This document shows positions 13,240-23,989 of a stretch of 64,000 bases of DNA, piece after piece. Both the position numbers and the translations under genes were made by a program. The stretch spans positions 124,001 to 188,000 of the forward strand of contig MU058221.1 of assembly GCA_013265495.1 (NCBI GenBank), read 5' to 3'. Numbering within the stretch: the first letter of the stretch is position 1; each line of letters begins with the position of its first letter. The stretch is from Vicugna vicugna. Lineage: Eukaryota. Below the pieces are notes generated by a model, which saw only the letters and a program-made list of their open reading frames with translations, had not been told where the DNA came from and did no database searches.

Positions 13240-13865
13240 TGTTGCCGGTGGATCCAACCGGTGTTCCAGGTTCTTGTCCCGTCACAGAAAGAATTCAGAG
13301 ACAAGATGTAGAGGTTAAGAAAAATAAAGTGAGGATTTACTAAAGGATGGATAGTACACTTTCAAGGGAAGAGCAGGCAAGCAGCTGCCCTGAGTTTCTT
13401 TGGCAAGGTAGTTACATAGGGTGTGAAATGAATGGGCGGAATATTCATTGAAGAGGGAAGGGCGTGAGGTCGTATTTCCTGTTTATCAGCCCAACTCCAC
13501 CTTCCCAAAGGGAGGAGGGATTTTTGTCCTTATTTAATCTGGATCAGAAGTGTCATGGCGTCGGTGCATGATGGGTACTTCTGACCTGCAAGGCTAATTT
13601 TATTGAAATGAGGGCATAAAGAGCAAAAGAGCATTCGGACTCTGGAAATTCTTGCCTTTTCTGACCTTTCTGTGTTGGTCTCCAGGCCAAAAGGTGTGGC
13701 CTCTTATCAGCCCAAAGATTCCTGCTTTTCTTTCTCTGCCCAGGGACCCCTGGTGCACATGTATGTTTCCTGCATTTGGCTTGTGCCCCTCCTTTCTGCC
13801 TAATTCTGCCATTTGGCCTGCATCCCCCTTTCTCTGCTCATATCTAGCTATCTGCTGCTCTAACA
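13240..13865 (-). mobile_element. ERV solo LTR (family A)
   Basis: TG...CA termini; reverse complement begins TGTTAGAGCAGCAGATAGCTAG, matching 6369 onward; flanks do not form a TSD. Confidence 0.8.
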
Positions 13866-14150
13866 TTGTGAAGTCAATCAACTAATGCTTGGACTTGTTA
13901 ACCTTCGTCCCAATTCTATGCTGAATTCTCCAGTTCATGGCCCTTCACGAACGTGCATACACCACACACTCCTTCCTGAATATGCATGTACCTTTAGCTT
14001 AAAAATTCCTTAAATTGGATGTTCAGGGAGACGCTGCTTTGGGAAAGATCCCCTGCATTCTCCTCACTTGCTGCAAGTAATATGTCCTTCCTTCCCCCAG
14101 TCTCTGGCTTGGTTTTGTCTTCTGGAGTGAACCCAGGTTTCCGAGTAACA
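13866..14150 (+). mobile_element. 3' portion of another ERV LTR
   Basis: LTR R/U5-like text (gggagacgctgctttgggaaagatcccc...cttgctgcaagtaat) ending in gtaaca. Confidence 0.55.
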
Positions 14151-14750
14151 TTATTCCTACCCCCAGCTGCCCAGCCCAAACTCCAGTTTAGCTGCTCAAA
14201 GGAGTAACGCTTTCTGTCCTCTCGGGAACTCTGTGCCACCTGTTCGGTCAGGAGCTATTTTCTTTCTTGCATGTAACACAGTGAGGAGCAGGTAAATACG
14301 GAGAGAAACGGTGAGCAAAAGACAACCCCCGCGCCCTCCAGAGCTACCATGCAACGGCAGAGAAGACGCTAATCTAGTGATCACACAAGGAATCAAAAAC
14401 GAAGTTAAAAAGTAAAGTTGCAAATGACATCAGAGCTGGGAATGGAACGTACCTAGTAAAGATAAGAGCCTATAGCATGGATTTTGATGTAGTGAAGTTT
14501 TGCCTGAGAAATTGAAGACAGAGTTAATTCAAAGAGGGAGGAAAGCTTTCTCGGCTGACAGGACACCCTCGTGGAGGGGTATAAACTGGCACATTGCGGG
14601 AAGTAAAGAAGTAGGGTGCACTTTCCCTAAAAAATCCAGGCTTTGGTGGGGATCAGCGTGAGGAGGGTGGTTATGGAAGGACTTACCTAGTTTGTCCCTT
14701 AGCAGCCGCCATCCAGCCAGCCGTGGCCGCGACCTCGCCGCACTGATTAC

Positions 14751-14763
14751 TGGGAGTTGTAGT
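14751..14763 (-). promoter_or_regulatory. ACTACAnnTCCCA motif (ZNF143/THAP11-HCFC1 type)
   Basis: TGGGAGTTGTAGT on + = ACTACAACTCCCA on -, 18 nt upstream of the ATG. Confidence 0.8.
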
Positions 14764-14781
14764 CTCGCGGAGTGAGCAGGC

Positions 14782-14884
14782 ATGGCGGCCTCCATGGCGA
14801 GGGTCGGCCGGCCTGCAGCAGGCCTGGGCGGAAGCTTTCGAGCCGCCAGGGCCCTGCTCCCCGCGCCATCGTCTGTCGCTTGCG
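14782..14884 (+). CDS. MRPL19: MRPL19 (mitochondrial ribosomal protein bL19m) coding exon 1, mitochondrial targeting peptide
   Basis: ATG in strong Kozak context (ggcATGG); reads MAASMARVGRPAAGLGGSFRAARALLPAPSSVAC, which aligns with the mammalian MRPL19 N-terminus; donor G|GTAGGT; 103 nt. Confidence 0.93.
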
Positions 14885-15083
14885 GTAGGTGCAGCGGGCC
14901 TCGCGAGCTCGCCCGCCGAATGAACCCAGGGTCAGGGTAGGGGGGAGACGAGTCTGGAAGTCAGCGGGCGACCTCGGGGGAGGCCTCTCGTGGGACCGCG
15001 AGTCCGGTGCGGGGAGATGGCGAGGTCTGGCCGGAGCTCCGGGCAGGCGCGGGCCGGCTTGACCTCTGTGTCCGCTCCCGCAG

Positions 15084-15201
15084 GGGCCCTCGCGGGGCCG
15101 GGCTGCCGGCGAGTCACCGGACCTTCGCATCCCGGCGCCTTCCAGCCGCCGCCGAAACCGGTCATTGTGGACAAGCGCCGCGCCCAGCGTCCGGAGAGAA
15201 G
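15084..15201 (+). CDS. MRPL19: MRPL19 exon 2
   Basis: Acceptor cccgcag|, encodes [39 protein letters not shown], donor AG|GTGAGG; 118 nt, phases consistent. Confidence 0.96.
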
Positions 15202-17733
15202 GTGAGGCCGGCGCCCGGGCCCGAGGCCCGCCTTTGGGGTCTGTGAGCTGTGGCTCCTGCGGTCGCCTTAGACCTGCAGAGCGTGTCTGCAGCTCCCGTG
15301 GCAGGAGCTTGTGTGCAGGAATCCGAGAAGGGCGCCCAGCCCGGTTGGTTTCCCTCTTTTCTTCCACCCAAGCCGGCGTGGACGTTCCCTGCAGTCTTAT
15401 TAGGTTAGAACTTCAAGTAGGGATCCTCCAGGTTAGAAGCTCTGTGCCAAGATTTTTCTCTGAAGTACATCGTATTTTACTTCTTTAGGAACGCATCGTT
15501 CCTCCCTGGTTGGAAACGGATTGCCCGCAACAGTTTTAGTTCCGCAGCTCACTGTGTTTTACAGTCCCTCGCAAAAGCGATGCAGTGGTAAAAAAAATTT
15601 CCACTAATTTGTGTCTGAAACTTGCTCTTCAAGACAGTGTGCTTAAAAACCTTGTTTACTTAAGGACGGTGTTAACTTCGGAGGTACATGTAAATTTAGG
15701 TGATCTAGGATTTCCAGAAGGTGTTTCTGTAGAACTGTATAACAACCGTATTAAAAAGCGAATTTTAGGAGGGGAAGGTTGGTGTGACTTGTAGGCTTTT
15801 TGAAAGGGTTCTGCGTCGTCGATTGGATTATCTCTGTGTTTAACATTGAAAATATCCTGTGATTCTAAGTTGAAATAAACTTGGAGGTTACGAAACCTTG
15901 AGATTCTGAGTAAGATTTCTTTTTTTGTTTGTTTTTGTTTTTGAAAGTGGAAAAGACGTATGTCTCTTAAATGGCAGCACTTAATATAATTCAATTAAAT
16001 GGGATTACTAATTTGGTAAACAGTTTTTAAAAAGTTTATTATAAAGTTTGAGGTCTTAGTAAAGTTTCTAAACTAAACTTTCTACGCTATAAACCTTTCC
16101 TCCTAGATGGTATACAAGTTAAAGAAAGTAATATGGAACAAGGAGACGTATGTATGGACAAGAGACGTGAACAAAAATGAACACAAAAGTATTGTTTGTA
16201 ATCAGAACTTAGAGCAGTCCAGATGCCCTTCAGTAGGTGAACAGGCAGGTGCATTCACATAATGGGCAGTTACACGGCAATGAAACATGAATGAACTAGA
16301 GTTAACAGAGATTAACTTCACAAACACGATGTGTGAGAAAAGCAACCTGCAGAAGAATTGATACAGTGTGATAGCATTTTTATATTGCCCAGACATAACA
16401 TACATGTGTAAAATATAAAATAGTTTACAAGGGAAATTCTGCACTTTCACAGAGCAATCAAACCTCGCTCTCCCAATAGCTGTGCAAGCTGACATTATGT
16501 GTCTTCTGATACGACAGGATAAGATCACATAATCACCTCTGTAATATTTTTATTAAAAGTGTTTAACCTTGGTCTAGGCATGTGGATGAATAAACGAAAC
16601 GAGAACCCAGGGATGGTCTGTAAGATTATAGGCTTTGACTTTTCAAAGAAGTTGGTGATAATGAAAACAGGAATGTGGGGAATAGTATTAGTTTAAGAAA
16701 CTAAAGAGGCTAACAGCCAGATACAGTGTGTGAAGTTGGATTGTAGCTTGGATTAGGCACCAAGTAGCTATAAAAGGAGCAATTAGGTATATTTAAATAT
16801 AAATTATATTAGCTTATACTGTTGAATTGATGCTGCAGTTCTTAGGTGTTACACAAGTGTTGTGATAAGTGTAAGAGAAAGTCCTTAGCAGTAGCCTCCT
16901 GAAGTATTGAGGGATGAAATGCCTTGCTGTCTGATGTTTTCAAATGTTTCAGGAAAAAAAAAATTCTATGTATAAATAAATAGGGAAAAATGTTGGCAGT
17001 TGATGAAACAATGTGTATTATATATATGGGTGGTCATTGTATTACTGTTTCAACTTTTTGGTAGGTTTGGCATGTTTCAAAGTAGAAAATTGAGGAAAAG
17101 GGAGAAATTCGTAGGAATATTCGTCACCAAATTTAGTTAATTACCCCATAGTATTAACTATGGGGGTAGGGAGGGGTGCATAGGGGCTTCAACTGTATTG
17201 ATCATTTATTTCTTGAGGTGGCTGACAGGGACATGTATTTTCATTGTAATGTCATCCTTTTCTGTAGTTTAAAATCAGTTTGAGAACAGGAAGATTATTT
17301 TTAAAGTCAGTTTGCAGTTGGTGGTTTTTATGTTTCTGTCTTTTGCCACATAATTTATTATAACATGTACAACTCAACATGAGGCCTGTGGATATGGTCA
17401 CAGGCTTTGGAATCTGACAGACATGCCTACATTTAAATCTTGACTCGATAAGTTCATAGCTAATGAAATACTAGGTCTGCTATTTACCCTCTCTAAGCTT
17501 CATTTTCTTCATCTTCACCTGGTTGTTGTAAGGATCAGTTTACACTATAGATGTTTAATAAAGCTTTTAACACAACTCTGGGTGAATACTTGGGAGCACC
17601 GACAATTCTAGAAATAAAATGGACTTTTCTTATATAGAGAAGGAAGAATAAAACATGTCAACATCCTAATCTTTTACTCTTTTTGGTAAAGCAATGGCTT
17701 TTCTTTTAACGATCTTTTAAGTTTGCTTTTTAA

Positions 17734-17883
<150 letters not shown>

Positions 17884-18088
17884 TAACAGCTGGATGCTTT
17901 TATTACTAGTGGTTGGAGGGGAGTTTTCTTGGCATAGAGAAAATTGTTTTTCACCCGTCTGTGTTTTACCCGTATGAGGTACTTATTCCTAATAGTACGT
18001 TAAAATATTTAGGCTGTTTTGAAGTTCCCTGGAAGTGCTGTTGTTTCCGCATCTCATGTAAAAGTTCACTTCTCTTTTGAATTTCTAG

Positions 18089-18223
18089 GGAGCATTCTTC
18101 GTGTCACTACTGCTGACCCATATGCCAGTGGAAAAACCAACCAGTTTCTGGGGATTTGCATCCAGAGATCAGGAACAGGACTTGGAGCTACTTTTATTCT
18201 TAGGAATACTATTGAAGGGCAGG
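18089..18223 (+). CDS. MRPL19: MRPL19 exon 4
   Basis: Acceptor tttctag|, encodes [45 protein letters not shown] (L19 domain), donor G|GTAAGT; 135 nt. Confidence 0.97.
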
Positions 18224-19149
18224 GTAAGTTTCATTTCATTATTTTGATTTTCTGGAAAATGGTATCTCAGGATTCTTTTTTATTTTCTTCATCCTGGGAT
18301 AAGAAAGTGGAACTTGAAAGTAAAAGGGATCTCTGCGGGATGACATGGAGCCTGTGGCCTAGGAATGGTATGAGAATTGAGGTTGCTGAGTAAATAGAGT
18401 TGGTGCATTGCTTTCTCCTAGAAAAGGCTTCTTTTTGTTACAGGGACACCACCATTAGAAGTAGTCTTTCCAAATCATGGCAAAATCAAAGGAGGAGACG
18501 TGACTGTAGAGCAGTGTGGGGACATTCATTTTAGGAGCAGTTAACCCATGAGAACATTAAGATAAGCATAATGATGTCCTTGTAAGTTCATTTCTCCTGA
18601 AATGAATGGCCCCCATTTTGCTTTATACTACAGCAGTTATCACAATTATTAGTTATTTAAGAATTGGAGGAATTTCAAAAAAAGGCAAAAATACGTTTGC
18701 TGTGCCTAATAAGACAGAGGAACAAGTGGTAAAACTCTGGAAAAAGTTACGAATCAAAAGGCAGGAACAGTAAATGTTTCATGCTTAAAGTTGTGTCTTC
18801 GTGGTCGCTAACCGTGCAGTAGTGTGTTGAGAGAAACTGAACACATGACAGCAGTCGCTGCCTTCCCTGTCCTGTAGTGACTTGCGATGCTGTGCATGTA
18901 GGAACTCAGCAGGACTTGGCTGAGGATAGGAGCTTGTGCCTCCAGTCAGGCTGTATACTTAGAGTAATCTTGTAATAGAAAGTTGTGCTTGAGCAAAGAT
19001 GTGACAGACCTGAGTTTGATCTTTTTGTTTAAAATTGAGACAATTTCTACCTCCCAGGGTTGTGGTCAGTTGATTGTGATGTTGTGCATGAAGTCCTGGA
19101 CACAGAATACTCAAAAGTATTAGCTCTGTCTTGCCGCTTTCTACCATTA

Positions 19150-20130
19150 ACGTCTTGACTATTCGTAACCTACTGGTACCTTCTCCATTGATACTTCCTA
19201 CTTTGATGGTTCTTTCTAGTCCCTTGGCTTTAAATACCATCCATGTGGTGTTAATTCGCAGATTCATATCTTGTGGACTGACCCTTGTTACGGATTTGCA
19301 CATACAACTACCTATTTGACATCTTCATTTGGGCATCTAAAATAAGCATGAAACAAGTTCAGAACAACAGTTTATTTCCTTCAGTGTGTTCTCACAGTTT
19401 TTTCTATTTCCATCAGCTGTACCACTCCCCACCCATTTATTTAAACCCAAAACTTAGGAGCTATTTTAAAAAAAAATATTTTATTATTATATTGTTTTAA
19501 AATTTATTTTTAATTTTAATTTTTTAAAATTTAATTTAATTTTTTTTTAGTGGAGGTACTGGGGATTGAACCTAGGACCTTGTGCATGCGAGGCATGCAC
19601 TCTACCACTGAGCTGTACCCTCCCTCCAGGAACTGTTTTTAATTATTCTTTTTCACACATTCCAGTCCATCAGCAGTCTCTAGAACTTTGATCCCAGTTC
19701 TGTCTGTTTTCCCATGTCCACTGCTACCCGTCGTGTGCATGCCACCATCACCTGCCTGCAGCTCTGTGCAGCATCTCTCATGTACTATCCTGTCCCACCA
19801 GGTTACTGTGCTCCCGCCAAATGGGCATTTTTCTGGTTTCTTTGCATTTGCTGTTCTTCCTGCCTGGAGCATTCCTGGCCCTTCATAGAACCAGGTTAAA
19901 TGTCATCTTTTCAGAGAGGCTTTCACTGACTATACGCTTTAGTTGCCCTCGCCCCAGTCCCAGTGTCATCACCCTGGATTGTCTTCACTGTATGACATTA
20001 CCTTGGTGGCTTGTTTATTTATCATCCACTAGAATGTAAACTTTATGAGAGGAGAAGAATTTTACCTATTTTGATTTTGCTGTAGGCACAGCTCCTAAAT
20101 CAGTGCCTATAACAATAGATTATACAGTGA
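19150..20130 (+). mobile_element. L2 remnant in MRPL19 intron 4 (contains the SINE)
   Basis: tttgctgttcttcctgcctggag...ccactagaatgtaaactttatgag L2 3' signature. Confidence 0.65.
19484..19627 (-). mobile_element. tRNA-Ala-derived SINE (camelid Vic-1-like) in MRPL19 intron 4
   Basis: Minus strand GGGAGGGTACAGCTCAGTGGTAGAGTGCATGCCTCGCATGCACAAGGTCCTAGGTTCAATCCCCAGTACCTCCA plus A-rich tail; imperfect TSD aggagctatttt/aggaactgtttt. Confidence 0.88.
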
Positions 20131-20834
20131 ATGCTGGCTTAAATCCTGGTATTAACACAGGGTGTCAATGTTGATCATGTGTTTTACTATTTATATATTT
20201 TTTGGGGATTAGTCCAGGAAACCTCAGGATACACTCTTCCCCTTAAATGTTCGATGATACAGATGATATATATTAACCTGTTACACATAGCATCTTGGAA
20301 ACACTCAAAGCTATTTCTAGCTTGCTTCATGTAAGAAGGAGGGCTTCAGAGTGTTAAGAAACCAGGGCCATCTTAAGAGGACTTCTATACCAAAGTTAGA
20401 ACTTAAAAATGTAGTTCCTCTTTCTGCATCATTAATTCTGTTGCTCTTAATGTAGAGGAGATAAAGCTTTATTTAAGTAATTAGGAAATGAACAAGAACA
20501 TGACAGTGAAGAATTTATTTAAACTTCCAGCTAAGTTAATACTGTCAAAATTAAGGAGATACATGGCTCAATGCACTTATAGAAGACGTTTTTCTTTAGA
20601 CTTTATCATTCTCATTCTAATTCAGGTTTTCTCATTTTTTTAATCTATATGGATTTTGTTTATTTCTATTTCTTTCTGTAATCTTCATTTTAAAGATTAT
20701 ATATTTATATCGTATTTCCTACATGCAAAAAACCTGAGCTAATTACTTCATGAAATAGCTTTTATTGTAGTAAGAGGCATATGCAGGAATCTGAATTTAG
20801 ATTGTAAGAATATGTTATATTCTTCTCTTCTTAG

Positions 20835-21016
20835 GTGTTGAGATTTGCTTTGAACTTTATAATCCTCGAATCCAGGAGATCCAAGTGGTCAAATTAGAGA
20901 GACGGCTGGATGACAGCTTGCTGTACTTGCGAGATGCCCTTCCTGAATACAGCACTTTTGATATGAATATGAAACCAGTAGCACAAGAACCTAGCCAAGA
21001 AGTCCCTGTTAATCAG
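20835..21016 (+). CDS. MRPL19: MRPL19 exon 5
   Basis: Acceptor cttcttag|, encodes [61 protein letters not shown], donor CAG|GTATGA; 182 nt. Confidence 0.97.
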
Positions 21017-21146
21017 GTATGAAGTTGTACATTTGAACTGGAAGTTCAAGAATAAAATCAGAAATACGTATCTTAATGACAGCTTTAGAGGAATTTTTGC
21101 TTGCAGCTGTCAGCCTAATGTATTCCCTGTCTTGTGTTTTCCGTAG

Positions 21147-21368
<222 letters not shown>

Positions 21369-21492
21369 TCTGAGAATGAATTTGGTTACTTGCAGAGAAT
21401 ATACTGACTCTCCAAGGATTTATGTAGAAACTAATTTTATATAAAAGGACCCAGTCATTAAATCAACTAAGATTCATTATTTTATGGGTATT

Positions 21493-21507
21493 ATTAAAAT
21501 AAATAAA
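21493..21507 (+). terminator. MRPL19: Probable proximal MRPL19 polyadenylation signal cluster
   Basis: Overlapping ATTAAA (21493) and AATAAA (21498, 21502) about 130 nt after the stop codon. Confidence 0.6.
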
Positions 21508-23989
21508 ATTAGCACACCGGTTTATTACTTTAAAAAGAAAAATACACATGCCAAGCGGTTTGAAGTCCATTCTCTTAATGGAGGCAAAGCCACAGTCCAA
21601 CTGTTACCCTGATGCTCTTCCCTGAGCTTGGAAAGTGGATGGGATCACTTTTTAAATTTGTGAAAGAAATCATAAATACGAAAATTGTATGATTTAAAGA
21701 GTAATAGTAAGATAACCTTTCGTGTACCCACCATCGGGTTGAGAAGTAAAACATTTAGTCTAAGTAAAACATCTAAAAAGTTAAGAAATAGAACGTTTAC
21801 TGGGATGCAGGAAGACTTGATGTGTCTGTAGTTGCACCCCTCCCCTGCCCAGAGGTGGGCGCTTTCCTGACTCCTGTTAATCATTCCCTTGCATTTCTTT
21901 TAGTTTATTACATACACATTGATTCTTCAACAATATAATTATCTTGAAAAATCTGTTGGCAGGTATAAAATGACAACATTGTCCTTATTACATGAAGGCC
22001 TCCAGGAGAGCGTAACAAAGTCTGGGTTATAGTCTGGGTTTAGCTTCCGTGGGAGTTTACAAAAACCACTTTTGAGGAAGTTCATGGCTAGGGTTATAAG
22101 TGAGTCCTGGTAAATAAGAAAGCTCACCAGAGGGCCTATGGCACGCTGTGGTGTGAACTGGATAACTGATGTCTGGCAAAAATGTGGTCAGAGGGAAAGA
22201 CGGCTCTGCTCAGTCCGTGGTGAGCTAATCTTCAGCTCGAAGGAGTAGGTCAAATCAGTACCTCCATATGGTGACAGGAGTGTCTTTGCTGATCTGTACC
22301 TGAGATGGAATGGGAAACTGGTACGTAATCACATGTGGTAAAGATCAGCCTGTAGACAGTTCAGACCAGGTTCCCCTGGGCGTGCTGTTCCTCAGGTTTG
22401 AAAGAGTACAGCAAGTGGCAGCATGGATCTTGAGGAGGGGAACCATTAACCTGTCTGTATCTTGAATCCTTCTGCTCAGATCTATGCTCTTGTGCCTAAT
22501 TTTTTGAGATTTTCATTTACTTCCCTCCTGTTCTGATCTGTTTTTTGGATTCTTCGTTTTCCTCTTTATTGGCTTTATTGTTTTCCATTTTAATGAAACA
22601 CATCCTCTGGTAGTTTCTAGAGGAAGTATGTAGGAAAATTTTTGACCTTGTATGTCTGTCATATTTGATATTTTATAAAATTCTCGGTGGGAAATAATTT
22701 TCCTTCAGAATTTTGAAGGTGTTGCTCCATTGTTGTGTTTCCAGTTGTGCTGAGAAATCCAAAACCATTTTGACTTCTGTGAATGTGGTGAACCTTGGTA
22801 TGGCTTTTATTCATGACGTGAGGTATCTGATGAGCCCTTTCTGCATGGCAGCCCGAATCTTTCAGGTCTGGGAAACTTTCAGACTTCGTTGATGATCTCT
22901 CCTCGGCTTCTCTCTTTCTGGATCTAGTGTTTTGATTTTGGATCTCCAAGACTGGATCTCTAGCTTTCTACCCTCCCTCCATCTCTTTTTCAGTGATTTC
23001 ATTCAGTCTCCCAACTCTGCTGTATTTTTAAATCTCAAGATCCCTTTTTGATTTCTGGAAGTTCTTTTTCTCATGTGGAGCTCTGTCTTACTTTGTATTT
23101 CTGTCTGTGGATTTGTTCTGTTACCACTGAGGATATTCGTTGTAGTGTTCGTATTCTTTCTTTTGAAATTGTTTTTCTGCAAAGTCTTTTAACTCCAAAT
23201 TTCTTCTCTGTGTATTTCTTTCTTTTTCTCTGTTTTAGGCTTTTCTGGGACACCTGGCAGTCCTTGGCTGTCTACTTATGGTGGACAGATAGTGGACTAA
23301 AAAGCTAATTAGAAGCCTTGGCCTTGTGGTAGGTGTTGTCTTTAGGACTGTCCAGGTGGGCTTTTTGGGAGTCCCCTCCTCCACATGAATATCTTATCTT
23401 CCTGGAGGCTAAGGGTCTTGTATGCCAGTGTTCTGGGTGCTGCATTGGAGAAGAAGAATGGGATTTCTGGCACTCTACATTTTTATGGCCATCGTATCCA
23501 TCCCATCCCACACACACACTTTTGACTTAGTATGCAGTGCACACAGTGCAGAAAACTGTTTTAACTTTCTAGAAAATAAACCTCTCGACTTAGCTAGTGT
23601 GAGGGAGGGCCAGGCAAGCCATGGTGGGAGTTAAAAGTAAGGTATCAGGGATATAACCTCCAAATAGTTTTCATCAGCTTCTCATTATCTTAGCCACTGT
23701 CCTTCACCCCAAATTGCCAAGGTACTGGGTTTGCTGACTGGCAATTCTGAGGGGTGAACTGGGTTGATTTTTCACCTTTTCCCACTACTGGCTTGATTTA
23801 CCTTCTTGAGTCTGTCAGCCCATCCATGTGCTCTTTCAGTTTGCAGAGTTTAGTTCTGTTTGTTTCTTGTCCTGTTCTCTCCAGTGGTTTTCTGTCTCAG
23901 CTGTATGTTTCTCAACATTTTGTAACTCCTTGCATCTTGTCCTGTGATGTCCTTCCTTGTGGGTTTGTCTTTTTCCCTGCGGTACATTT

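Larger units (their letters stand above)
14700..15380. promoter_or_regulatory. CpG island promoter of MRPL19
   Basis: Very GC- and CpG-rich stretch spanning exons 1-2; boundaries approximate. Confidence 0.9.

Noticed and set aside
14747..15367. 206-aa antisense ORF and other ORFs over the MRPL19 CpG island
   Set aside because: Low-complexity Arg/Pro/Gly/Ala ORFs are expected in GC-rich, stop-poor DNA; no recognisable domain
19551..19627. tRNA-Ala gene
   Set aside because: A-rich tail, TSD and a diverged second copy at 41094 identify it as a SINE
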